From Octopus vulgaris (Eukaryota), in assembly GCA_951406725.2 (NCBI GenBank), contig OX597821.1, positions 74,896,001 to 74,960,000 on the forward strand: DNA of 64,000 nt. The letters are read 5' to 3'. This document shows, in pieces, positions 1-15,380 of this stretch. A program made the position numbers and the translations under genes. Within the stretch, counting starts at the first letter, position 1; each line of letters opens with the position of its first letter. The notes under the pieces are model-generated. The model was given only the letters and a program-made list of their open reading frames with translations, ran no database searches and was not told the origin of the DNA.

Positions 1-1843
1 GGTTCATTTAACCCGATAAATGCCATCGTAAAAGTGATAGAGATTTCTATGTTACAGAGAACACAAAACAGGAATTTTAATACGGTAAACCTTCAAAGCA
101 ACCACTGAAACGGACTTTAGCTGCTGTGGTCACGTAGAGGATATCGTCTTTAATAATAATTGTCGTGAAACGGTATACAGTTTCATTTGGCATTGAATCT
201 TTCTGTTAAAGACGTCCAAAAGAAAATCAAAACATAAGATGCACAACGTTCTTTTACATATATATATTTTTTTAATTGTATCAATGGCTGTGTTTTATTA
301 CCATCTTAACTGTCCGCCTCTTGTAAAGAAAATGTTACTCTATGGCTTGGTGCTACGAGCTGTTCTACTGATGTGAGGAATTTTTTCTTTGTTTATTTTT
401 CTTCTTCTCCCGACTTTATTCTTCTTACTGTTTTCTAACATTTTTCTTTCCGTTTGTAGTTTCATCGAAGAAATAAAATCGACTACAAAGAAGAGAAGAG
501 AGAAACATCTCGAATAAGACATAATTGTGTTACCTGCTTTCGCAAACTGATTCGATTTTTTTTTCTTTCTGTTTTTTTTTTTCAACAAATACGGAAATAG
601 TAAATTCAAGTATCAGTTTGGTCTTGGCTAAAAGAAATTGTAATAAGCTTCTATAATTATCGACATCTTCCGATAGATCAAAGGGTTTTCCTGCAGAGAT
701 ATTTCACTTGCTTCCCTGGAAGAATTATGGGTAGAGAAAAAAATACAACAGTAAAGCGTATAAATGTTAGAAAAAGTAGCCACACGTCTGAGAGTTATGA
801 AACGATCGTATCAAGTTCCGAACTTGAGACAAGAATAATAGGGATATATCTTTGAAAGGACCAAACATTCGAAGTACTTAACACATCGCACGATATGGGA
901 TGCATGGATAAGTCATAAAACCATGGGTCTTTGGAGGTAGGAGAATGCTTTAAACTTCTTCTCGTATATCCAGAATATATAATCTCTACATTTAGTAAGT
1001 AAGGAACCATTTCCTCAATTATACGCTGCCTATTCTCTATACCGAAGTGAATTATACGTTCTTTTGTTGATACTGTTTATCCCAAGTCAGTTTTTATTGG
1101 ACTGGTCTAAGATCAAAGAAATTCCAGATATGGCCATCCTATCTTCACTTTGATTTGTCATGAATAGCATATATGAATTGCGCCCTTTAAGATGATCGAC
1201 TTTGGATCGAGAATTATTGGACTGCTATTTCTAGCAGATCGACTCACCATGTACATGCACCTTAGCTGGTTTTCGCACAGCATGGTTGTTCATGCATTAA
1301 AACCGACCAGACTGCTGAGTGCTCAATGTCAGTCATAAAACCATGGGCCTTTAGAGGTAGGTGAACGCTTTGAGCTTCTTGTATATCCACAAACATTGCA
1401 CAGTGACGGTATGATGTTATAAACTGTTAGAGTTTCGGGTGGTGTCGAGGCCTTGGTATGTTATGAAAGAAGTTACCTTAGAGAGGGAAATACTGAAGAA
1501 GGGAAGACGGTTGAGTGGTATGTGCTGCGAAGGGACTTCTTGCAAATGGTGTAGTTTTGTTTTATATGATGTTGTTTGTTGAGGTGTATTATAGAAAGAT
1601 GGTTAGATTGACAGATAATCACAGGGATAGAGAAGTAGAAAGAAAGAGAGGGAGAGAGAGGAAGAGAAAGGGTGAGAAAGAGGGAGAAATGCATACAAAC
1701 AAACAGCAAGATGAGTGACACGAGAGGAGAAAGAGGGGGGAATGAAAGAGAGAGAAAGAGAGTTAGGTAAAGACAGAGAGAGAAAAGAGAGAGACAGACA
1801 GGTAGGTAGAGATGCATACAGAGAAAGAGCGAGATGAGAGACT

Positions 1844-1845
<2 letters not shown>

Positions 1846-1884
<39 letters not shown>

Positions 1885-1932
1885 TTCAAGTTTAATGAAA
1901 TAACGATGATGATGAGCATGATGATAGTAATG

Positions 1933-2005
<73 letters not shown>

Positions 2006-2094
2006 TTATTATTATTATAATAATAATAATGATGATGATAATGATGATTATGATAATGATTATGATGATGATGATAATGGTGATGAGGATGATA

Positions 2095-2126
<32 letters not shown>

Positions 2127-2131
2127 AATAA
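1846..2131. repeat. compound microsatellite (GA)n/(TAA)n/(TGA)n
   Basis: Visible tandem arrays; they explain the poly-I/poly-M ORFs. Confidence 0.95.
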
Positions 2132-2475
2132 ACTGATGAGAGAGAATGTGAAAAGGTGTTATGTAAAAGTAGTGCTGTGCAAAACTGAAGCTATCACGTG
2201 TAGATGTACGAGTGAGCCGGAAGATAAATACGGCATCAACTAAATCTGAAGAAATAGAAAGAAAAAACAACAACAAAAAACAAATAGCGAAAGAAAAAAA
2301 AGAACGGTAATAATGAAAGTAAAAATATAAAAAAGTAGAAAAAAATATAAAAAAAATAAAGTGTAAAAACCCCAGAAAATAGACATGATGTGGAATCGGT
2401 TGAAAGGCGAATCATTTACATCACCAAGAGATAATCAGTTATACTCGCAGAAATAAACACATACAGACACAGGCG

Positions 2476-3933
<1,458 letters not shown>

Positions 3934-4181
3934 CATATAGGTTTGTATGTATGTCCGATTTATACGGCTTCATTGCATATAAAATGTGTGTTAGGTGTTA
4001 TCATTTTGATAAAGTCCGATCAGCCCTGATCAGCCGGTCTTTTGTGCAAATGATAACGAAACAAGAGGGATAGTGTCAGGATCAATAATGACATAACATT
4101 AAGAACAGCTATAACGCTACACGTTTATAGCACTTGTCAGGGATGGTTGTCGTTGTGGTAGACGTCGTCGTCGTCGTAGTT

Positions 4182-4234
<53 letters not shown>

Positions 4235-4528
4235 CGTAGTAATTTAGAAGACCATATCTGCAGCCAGGTGAGGCTTGATTGGGAAGCCACCGATCAAAAT
4301 TCATTGTAGCTATGAATATTCTTTCTTTCTGTTTGGCATTGTATACCAAAGGATACATTATCCAATGTGTCTCGGTGGTTTTGAAGAGAGTAACATAGTA
4401 GCGTGCTGCAGTATGCAGAGCTTTTGCTTGCTATTTCTAAACACATAAAGACTACATGGGTGCTCCTATTGGATCCGCTAGGAGTCGGAGTAACTATAGA
4501 AGTAAAAGTATTATTATTTTTTTAAACA

Positions 4529-4715
4529 CGAGCTGGCAGAATCATTAGCAAGGCGGGCAAAATGTTTAGCAACAGTTCAAATTCAGACGAGGTCGATTTT
4601 GCCTTTCATCCTTCCAGGGCCAATGAAACAAGTACCAGGTGAACATTGTGGTCAAAGTAATCGACTTACCCCATTGCCTAGAAATTAGTGGCATTGCGCC
4701 AAAACTTGAAGTCAA

Positions 4716-4805
<90 letters not shown>

Positions 4806-4910
4806 CATTTTAAGGCAGCAAACGGGCAGAATCGCTAGGAGACCGGACCGAATGCTTGATGGCATTTTGTCCGGTCTGTATGCTCTGAGTTGAAGTTCCG
4901 CTGAGGACGA
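4529..4910 (+). mobile_element. two degraded copies of tRNA-derived SINE family A separated by (ATT)n
   Basis: cgagctggcagaatcattagc head and gaggtcgattttgcctttcatcc core match other family A copies; (ATT)n at 4717-4805. Confidence 0.7.
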
Positions 4911-5032
4911 ATTTTATCGAGAAATTTTGGTGAAAATTACCTGCTCAAGACAACTGATTTTGATGTAAACCATTCAACGTACATGTGGCTTAATAACGGA
5001 CATGGATAGAAGTTCCTGTCGGCTAGCTACCT

Positions 5033-5120
5033 TGATAGATAGATAAAGGGAGAGAGGGAGAGGGAGAGAGAGAGAGAAAGAGAGAGATTAACAGACAGAT
5101 AGATCGATATACAGAGGGAC

Positions 5121-5151
<31 letters not shown>

Positions 5152-5290
5152 TAGATAGATTGATACGTAGATAGATAGATAGATAGAGAGAGATAGTTAG
5201 GCAACTAGATAGATAGATAGATAGACAGATAGAGAGATAGATCGATAGACAAATAGCTAAATAGACAGACAGATAGATAAATATACAGGC

Positions 5291-5321
<31 letters not shown>

Positions 5322-5326
5322 CAGAC

Positions 5327-5409
<83 letters not shown>

Positions 5410-5515
5410 CAAACAGTCAGGCTGATAGATATATAGATAGGTAGATAGATAGACAGACAGGCAGCGAGATAGATAGATAGATAGATGATAGAGAGACGGA
5501 TAAATAGATAGATAA

Positions 5516-5574
<59 letters not shown>

Positions 5575-5590
5575 GACAGATAGATAGATA
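5033..5590. repeat. (GATA)n/(GACA)n microsatellite
   Basis: Visible tandem array. Confidence 0.95.
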
Positions 5591-5760
5591 GGCACAGGAG
5601 TGGCTGTGTGGTAAGTAGCTTGCTTACTAACCACATGGTTCCAGGTTCATTCTCACTGCGTGGCACCTGGGCAAGTGTCTTCTTCTATAGCCTCAGGCCA
5701 ACCAAAGCCTTGTGAATGGATTTGGTTGATGGAAACTGAAAGAAGCCCGTTGTATATATG

Positions 5761-5792
<32 letters not shown>

Positions 5793-5995
5793 CGTTTATG
5801 TGTTTGCGTTGGTCCCACAACATCGCTTGACAACCGATGCTGGTGTGTTTATGTCCCAGTAACGTAGCGGTTCGGCAAAAGACACCGATAGAATAAGTAC
5901 TAGGCTTAGAATGAATAAGTCCTGGGGTTGATTTGCTCGACTAAAGCGGTGCTCCAGCATGACTACAGTCAAATGACTGAAAGAAGTAAACGAGC
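5591..5995 (+). mobile_element. tRNA-derived SINE family B, full length
   Basis: A-box-like tggctgtgtgg, B-box-like ggttcattctc, ctgggcaagtgtc core, internal (TA/TG)n and conserved 3' part; at least 7 further copies in the window. Confidence 0.9.
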
Positions 5996-6519
5996 AAACG
6001 AGATAGATAGATAGACAGATGGATAAGTAGGTAGGTAGGTAGGTAGGTAAGCAGGAAAGTATAAAGGTACAAAGGTGGAAAGATATGAGTATCGGGATGT
6101 ATGGAGTATCGGGATGTATGTGTGGAGAGACAGGTAGGTTTGAATGAGTTATCATTGGTGTTTCTGACATTATTTGGTTGTGCTACGAGCATTTGCAGCA
6201 AATATTTCTATTATACATTGCCTTAGCTGTTATTATCATCATGTATATATAGTTTGGAAAATATATATACATGATTCCTATCGTGACATTGCCTAAATTT
6301 CATCGAGTTTCTAAAGCACGAAGTGAATTCAAAGCAATGAGAACCGCTCTCTACCCAACAAATGCTATTTTATGTAACCGAAAAGGAACAAGTGATGGCA
6401 TGTTTTTAAAAAGATGTTTACAATAGATTTTCACTACCTGTTGCCAGTTTTACATTGTAAAATCTTACACTGAATATAAGTGGAACGCAACATTTCTGCT
6501 GTTACTGCCCTATTACCGC

Positions 6520-6542
6520 CGCTGTTGCTGCTGCTGCTGCTG

Positions 6543-6626
<84 letters not shown>

Positions 6627-6641
6627 GTAATGACGATGACG

Positions 6642-6688
<47 letters not shown>

Positions 6689-6710
6689 TATAATAACATC
6701 AACAATAATA
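6520..6710. repeat. (CTG)n(CTA)n and (ATA)n microsatellites
   Basis: Visible tandem arrays. Confidence 0.95.
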
Positions 6711-7020
6711 ATGGTTTTAAATTTTGGCAGGTTTGGCGGAGGAGGCAAGTCTTGCAATGAGTTCAGTACTCATCTATAACTTAATTTATCGACCCCGAAA
6801 GGATGAAATGGAAAGTCCACCTTGGAGATTCTTAACTAAATTTGGCAAGAGAATATGTCAGATTGTTGCTAGCGATTAACGCTAGTAACATGAGGTAGAT
6901 TTACGCAAAATGGTGTTTGAAGGAGTGTCGTTTCATATGTTGGAGCGAACACGTTTTTGAGTACAATTGATCGAACGATGAGAGGAAGATCAAGATATAT
7001 AATGTCTGTCTGTCTGTCAG

Positions 7021-8560
<1,540 letters not shown>

Positions 8561-9166
8561 TGCGTTATTTCTTGGCACGCATAACTAAGATAAATTTCGA
8601 ATAACTAACGCCACGGGATATTTTCTTTTAAAATATTCTAATTACAATTAACTTTCATCTTATTTCTATATAATCAACGTTATGACGCGATAGAAATATC
8701 TCTCACTTGAACGCTGGCGAAATAGTTGTGCAATAATACTCTTCGCAATTCTTACAAAAACAGTAACAAATGAAACCCATTTATAGTGCCCAAGACTTGA
8801 GATCAAATTCAGGTGTTTCTAGAAAATAAGAACTGCGTTAATTTCGTGTGGATATATTGCTTCTATTTACTCGATCTTAGCAACAGACCCCATATGGCGT
8901 TTAGACCTTAAAAAAATAGCAGATATAACCCTCTTAAATTACATCTTGCCATTTTGGAAAACGAAGTCATAGCAGATGATGTAGTCCAAAACACAGAGAG
9001 GCTGAATAAAATCTCTGCAGTCGCGGTTGGGATCTGTTTGCTCGGAAGTCCATTCGAAATAATTGACATTCTCCTACTAAACATCAACAGTAACAACAGC
9101 ACCAGGGAAATTGAATGGAAACGTCAATTAATCTCCCATGTCTATGCCTCTCTCTCAATAATATTT

Positions 9167-9770
9167 TTTTCTATTCTAGGCACAAGGCCTGACATTTTTG
9201 GGAGGGGATCAGTCGATTAGATCGACCCCAGTATGCAAGTGTTACTTAATTTATCGACCCCGAAAGGATGAAAGGCAAAGTCGACCTCGCCAGAATTTGA
9301 ACTCAGAACGTAAAGACTGACGAAATACCCATTTCTTTATTACCCACAAGGGGCTAAACATAGAAGGGACAAACAAGGACAGACATAGGTATTAAGTCGA
9401 TTACATCGACCCCAGTGCGTAACTGGTACTTAATTTATCAACCCGAAAGGATGAAAGGTAAAGTCGACCTCGCCAGAATTTGAACTCAGAACGTAAAGAC
9501 TGACGAAATACCGCTAAGCATTAGGCCCGGCGTGCTAACGTTTCTGCCAACTCGCCGCCTTTCATAAGTAGAATATTCTTTTCGACTCTAGGCACAAGAC
9601 CCGAAATTTTTGGGAAGGCGTCAGTCGATTAGATCGACCCCAGTATGCAACTGGTACTTAATTTATCGACCCCGAAAGGATGATGGAAAGCAATGTCCAC
9701 CTAGGCGGAATTTGAACTCAGAACGTAAAGACAGACGAAACACCGCTAAGCATTTCACTCGGCGTGATAA
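9167..9770 (-). mobile_element. SINE family A: dimeric copy (9167-9560) plus adjacent copy (9577-9770)
   Basis: Reverse complement of the ggcgagctggcagaa head and of the gcctttcatcctttcggggtcgataaattaagtaccag core, which resembles the Deu/Nin SINE domain. Confidence 0.9.
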
Positions 9771-11407
9771 CGTAAGAAACGAAGTGATTGAAAGGGTATT
9801 AGGGGACAGGCGAAAGAAAAAGTACTGTATGGAATAAACATTGTGAATGGAATCGGAAACAAAATATAACTGGATAAAGTAATAACGATGTTTATAATTA
9901 TTAGCGTTTTATTTTTAAAGGAAGATATTGTATTTTGTCACACTTAATTGAAATATATTTTAAATGTATTAACTATAGAATTGTGAAAATGTATTTGATT
10001 TGAATAAGGAATTTATTTAGATCACGTGAGCAAGGAGTAGATGTTGAGAAATTTCGAACCTCCAAAAATATTTTCAGACTGCGCATTTCATTTCATGGTA
10101 ATCGTGGGACGAGGTGAGACACTTGATGAACGAATTGTTACATACATTTAATGAAAACAGTTTATAGTTGGTCAGATGATAAACCTAAGCCAAATTGGAT
10201 TCTGTGATTGCTATGTGCGATCATTAGCTAATCACGTGCATTCATTAACACACTATGCACACCGAACTATGTGTTTAAGCTCACATATAAAAGGATGATG
10301 CTGGTTGTGTTTAGAGATAGAAGATCTGCTCACATACGGATCTGTAATAAAGAGAGAATTTATCGGACACAAACGCATGCACAGCCACACACACATTCCT
10401 CTAATATACATACATACATACATACATACATACATACACACATACATACATACATACATACATACATACATACAAACATACATACATATATATATATCTG
10501 TATTCACGATTGATGCACACACTATACACACACTATACACAACACACTTATACGTATCTACTTAGGTATGTGCGTATGTGTATATATGTATATATGTGTG
10601 TATAATATATATATATATATATATCGACTGAAATCAGCGGTGTTTCTTTCCGGCTAAGCATGCCAAGTGATGGCAGTGCAACTATTAAAATTAAATTAAG
10701 CTTACAAGTAAGTCAATATTGTTTATGGCAGACTTATCTCTGGAGGGCTCTCCTACGGCTATAGCAGAAATGTATTTAGTTAGTCGTAAATCTCACTTAA
10801 ATAACAATATACTAATTGACACTTCGTGACTGATCAATCAGTTTAATCTATACCTTAATTACAGCCCAGCCAGCTATGCACACGTCAATTTCGTCTCACA
10901 CCAAACGCTCAAAACCTCATTGATGATTTTAGGCGAATTTTGAATACAAGACGTATTTGACCACAATTTATGATTAAACTGCAGCTAGGTTTTTACGGAT
11001 GATAACGAAAATATGATGATAGAAAAAGATGGGTAATATTTCATAATTTAAGGGATAAAACAATCAAGTGGAACAATGTTGGGTTCATTTCTCACGAAAA
11101 AGGAATTAAAAGCTCGTTACTCAAACTAACCTCGTGATATCAAACATTGAATTAATAATGATGTCTAACAAGTATGTTTAGTGACAAATCGAGAAGTTAA
11201 TAGTCGGCAGATCAAAACAACGGAGGGACTATTTAAGTAGGCTGTCTATAATGACGAAATTTCCACAACAATACGTGGCTTATTGACATTTGCACAATCG
11301 TAACTAAAGGGTTCAATCAGTATAAAGTTGCTTGGAAAGTACTTTTAATGGTGTTAAAAACAGTAATTTTCCTTTCGTAAAAATAAGCAATATTTTCAGC
11401 TATTTCG

Positions 11408-11408
<1 letters not shown>

Positions 11409-11500
<92 letters not shown>

Positions 11501-11507
11501 TTATCTA

Positions 11508-11541
<34 letters not shown>

Positions 11542-11694
11542 AGCCTGTCTGTCTGTCTGTCTATCTTATCTATCTATCCGTCTGTCTGTCTATGTATGTA
11601 TGTATGTATGTATGTATGTATGTATGTATGTATCTGTCCGTGACTGTCTATATGTCTATGCATGTGTATATGTTGTGTTTGTGTTGGTATATAC

Positions 11695-11725
<31 letters not shown>

Positions 11726-11759
11726 TGTATGTATGTATGTATGTATGTATGTATGTATG

Positions 11760-11806
<47 letters not shown>

Positions 11807-11810
11807 GTCT
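11409..11810. repeat. (TATC)n/(TGTC)n/(TATG)n microsatellite
   Basis: Visible tandem arrays. Confidence 0.95.
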
Positions 11811-12254
11811 ATATATGTCTACGCGCGCGCGTGTGTGTGGATATATTTGCCAATTTATCCCTACTTTGTGAAGCAAAATACTGATTTTCGCTATGAGAAA
11901 TGTTTTTCAAACATACAAAACAAACAATATAAATATTCATATATTTTTAGTGAGAAAATATATTAGATATAAATCAGTTTTCACAACTCTGTAAACGACA
12001 CACTATCCTTATCATTACAAGAGGCTCATATCAGACATATTCTTGGGATCACATGAATAAATCTACGTTAAATACGTTACTCTTCTTTCTTTCTTTCTTC
12101 CTTTCTTCACCAATCTCGGATAATACTCCGTAGATTGTACTTGAATTATATGAAATACTCCAAGAGAATTCGTAATGCACTCTGGGACCAATCTAAAGCA
12201 ACTTTTTTGGATAAGTTGCTTTAGATATCTTCATCTAAGCCAGTGTTTCAGAAT

Positions 12255-12331
12255 GGGGGTATATCAGCCGAAACGTTGTGTTAACAACAAACAAGATGAG
12301 GACAAATATCCGTCAAATGTAAATAATGTAA
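12255..12331 (+). mobile_element. 3' fragment of HHR-bearing SINE family D
   Basis: gtatatcagccgaaacgttgtgttaacaacaaacaagatgaggacaaatatccgtcaaatgtaaataa matches the 3' ends of the copies at 40137 and 59581. Confidence 0.85.
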
Positions 12332-12734
12332 ATATTGATGGTTGGTTATTGGGTAGAAAAACCCCATTTGTGTGTGTAGACATGGTAAAATTCGATTTCA
12401 AGTGGACCCTCATTGATTTACAAAAATACGGAATTATTAACAATCAAAGTGGGTGAAATATGGCCGCAATATATTCTAAAGTATTCTTTAGTGCAGAATG
12501 AAACCTAACTAGATTTTTTTAATTTACTTCCATTTTCCTGTTTCGTAGAAAAATACTTTCCCCTCAGCAAATCCAGTTTCGACCAAAATTACAAAATAAA
12601 GAGTTATAGAATCTATTTAAGCGCATTGTTGTTTTGGGAAATAAAACAATAAAAAAACTTTAATCTCCAAATCTATTACTAAGAAAAAAAAATCACTTCA
12701 CGGTGGTTGAGTTTGAACTCCACCTCTGATAACT

Positions 12735-13320
12735 TAAAGGCAAAACTGACCTCGGCGGATTTTGAATTCTAAACCTAAGGGGTCGTAGTTAAATACCGTA
12801 AGATACTTTGGCCAGAGTTTTGGAGAATTTATCAAACAGCATTCTAGAATAGTTAAAAATAACGGTTTCAATTTTGGCACAAGGACAACAGTTTCACTGT
12901 AGGGGATACCAGTCATGTACTGGTGATCAGTGTAATCGCCTGAGTACTTGTCTGATATTTTATTTTGTCGGCTCCAAAAGGGGGAATGACAAAGTTTAAG
13001 GTAGTAAAATTTGAACTCAGAACGTGAATCCGTAAGAAATAGCGCTGAGTGTTTTTGTCCTACTTATTAATTATGAAGCTAGTTTACCAGGTTAGAATGA
13101 CTAAAATAATAGTTCAAATGTTGGCAGAGGAGCAGCAGGTTTTGAGGGAAGGGGGAAATCAATTGGATCGATCTCAGTAAGCAGCTGGTACTTATTTTAT
13201 CGACCTCGAAAGATGAAAGGCAATGTCGACCTCGTTGAAATTTGAACTCAGAACCTAAAGAAAGATGAAATGCCGCTAAGCATTTTATCCGGGTTTTAAC
13301 GATTTCCACAGCTCGCCTCC
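12735..13320 (-). mobile_element. three degraded SINE family A fragments
   Basis: Repeated gtcgacctcg...atttgaactcagaac motifs. Confidence 0.7.
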
Positions 13321-13647
13321 TTTAGAATAGTTAAAATAATCATAAATATTTCCCTCTTTCCAAGCCGTGAAATAAAGCTGAACAATCGAATGAAGCAACT
13401 GATGCTCTATCGAGAAGGAATATAACTGGATGTTTGTTATGATTAAGTTTATCATATTAAAACACTGGATTTCTTATTAAATAAACAGGTTTTTATATAA
13501 TATAAAGAAATCGATAAAGAAATAAAATGAATTGATGATGATCTGAATGCATAAAGATAACAAAATAATATTGGTTTCAGATGCCAAGTAGGATGCCATT
13601 TATGCCATACAAGGATTTGAAAACCTTCAATCAACTGGGAATATCCA

Positions 13648-13728
<81 letters not shown>

Positions 13729-13871
13729 TAAAACCCAACAAGTTAAAATCTAAAAACGATAAATGAATTAACATCGTTAAAATTAATTGATCGACACTTT
13801 TGGATAATAAAGAAAATACAGTCTAGTATGGATGTGGTATTTAAATTTAACCAATGATTGCAATGGAACTA

Positions 13872-14188
13872 TTTGAGAGTGGTTTAATGACTAATGTTTT
13901 AGGTTTACGATCGTAAGGTCGTGTGTTCTATTCTCGGCGGCGCGTTGTGTCTCTTGCTCATGACGCTTATTTCACGTTGGTCCAGTCTACTCAGCTGGCA
14001 ATAATGAGCTGTACGTGTATTTCAAAGGTGCAGCCTTGTCCCATTCTGTGTCACTCTGAGTCTCATTGAGAATTACGTTAAGTGTACGTGTACCTGTGCA
14101 GTGCTCAGTCACTTCCGAATTTCATGGGGAGGTCCTGTTGATCGGATCAGCTGAGACACTCGTCGTAGTAACCGACAGGGGGCCAGGT
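13872..14188 (+). mobile_element. degraded tRNA-derived SINE family C
   Basis: ttacgatcgtaaggtcgtgtgttc and cgttgtgtc...tttcacgttggtccagtctactcagctg are similar to the 22780 copy. Confidence 0.7.
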
Positions 14189-14206
14189 TTTTTAGCCATT
14201 CCGTTT

Positions 14207-14672
14207 CACTGGTCAACAAAACGAAACATTTTTTTAATCATCAGAGTTGCTGATTGACTTTTCTGGGTTAATCTTTGATGCTGATTACGAATCTGAAGTT
14301 TTCCTCTATCAGGTCACATTTTCATGTTAATGATACCTGCTCTTTTAACTTATAGGATACGTAAAGCATGTCTATATAAAGTATACTGAATACAAGATAC
14401 GATAATTTCATGGCTTTTTATTGTACAAAACTAAAATTATTGTGTACAAATAAGTTAGAATACACTCAAATTCATAACAGCTTAAAATCTCTGGGATTTG
14501 GACTTTCTATGGTGTTTTGTCTCAGGTTCATCTCTGTATAACATCCGACAGTAGTCAGATAACATTCCTGCATTCCAAAATTCATCTTCGTCAGACATCT
14601 GAACACCATTTTCTGATGGTATTGGAATAGGAAGATCATCATCGTTGTGTGGTACTGTTCTTCTTGCTGATA
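14207..14672 (-). mobile_element. internally deleted DNA-transposon remnant, Chapaev3-like
   Basis: Terminus CACTGGTCAACAAA; minus-strand peptides SARRTVPHNDDDLPIPIP and MLSDYCRMLYRDEPETKHHRKSK resemble N- and C-terminal motifs recalled for Chapaev3-type transposases (SAxRPVPH..LPVP; MxADYCWxLxRD). Confidence 0.55.
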
Positions 14673-14869
14673 TAAAACGGGTGTAATTATTCTAGAGCCG
14701 GAAATGTTACGCCTGTTATGATTTACTCACTTTTGCAAATATCTGCAGTCCTAAAAGGACTGAGTGTATAGTCGATTGAAACTGATTTAGTAGATTAAGT
14801 ATATAAAATCTACAAACGATGAAGGCTATACAGTGAAGGATATTATACTTTTAGTCTCTCTCTCGCTCT

Positions 14870-15380
14870 CTTCAAATTCCGGCGAGGTCGACTTTGCCTT
14901 TCATCCTTTCGGGGGCGATTAAATAAGTACCAGTTACGCACTGGGGTCGATATAATCGATTTAATCGGTTTGTCTGTCCTTGTTTGTCCTCTTAGTGTTT
15001 AGCCCCTTGTGGGTAGTAAAGAAATAGAAATAGGTATTTCGTCTGTCTTTACGTTCTGAGTTCAAATTCCTCCGAGGTCGACTTTGCCTTTCATCCTTTC
15101 GGGGTCGATTAAATAAGTACCAGTTACGCACTGGGGTCGATATAATCGACTTAATCCGTTTGTCTGTCCTTGTTTGTCCCCTCTGTGCTTAGCCCCTTGT
15201 GAGTAGTAAAGAAATAGGTATTTCATCTGTCTTTACATGCTTTGTTCAAATTCCGCCGAGGTCGACTTTGCCTTTCATCCTTTCCGGGTAGATAAATTAA
15301 GTATCATTTGCGTACAGGGGTCGATGTAATCGACTGACACCCTCCCACAAAATTTCGAGCCTTGTGCCTAGAGTAGAAAA
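14870..15380 (+). mobile_element. SINE family A, three tandem core units (~190 bp period)
   Basis: ttcaaattcc..gaggtcgactttgcctttcatcc repeated at ~14871, 15061 and 15245. Confidence 0.9.

Noticed and set aside
1473-2276. 267-aa ORF and the many YI/VC/HT/LSIY/poly-I ORFs across the window
   Set aside because: Translations of stop-free microsatellites; no coding signal
9167-9770. Regularly recurring repeats resembling a CRISPR array
   Set aside because: Units are ~190-bp SINE cores without unique spacers; eukaryotic context and no cas genes
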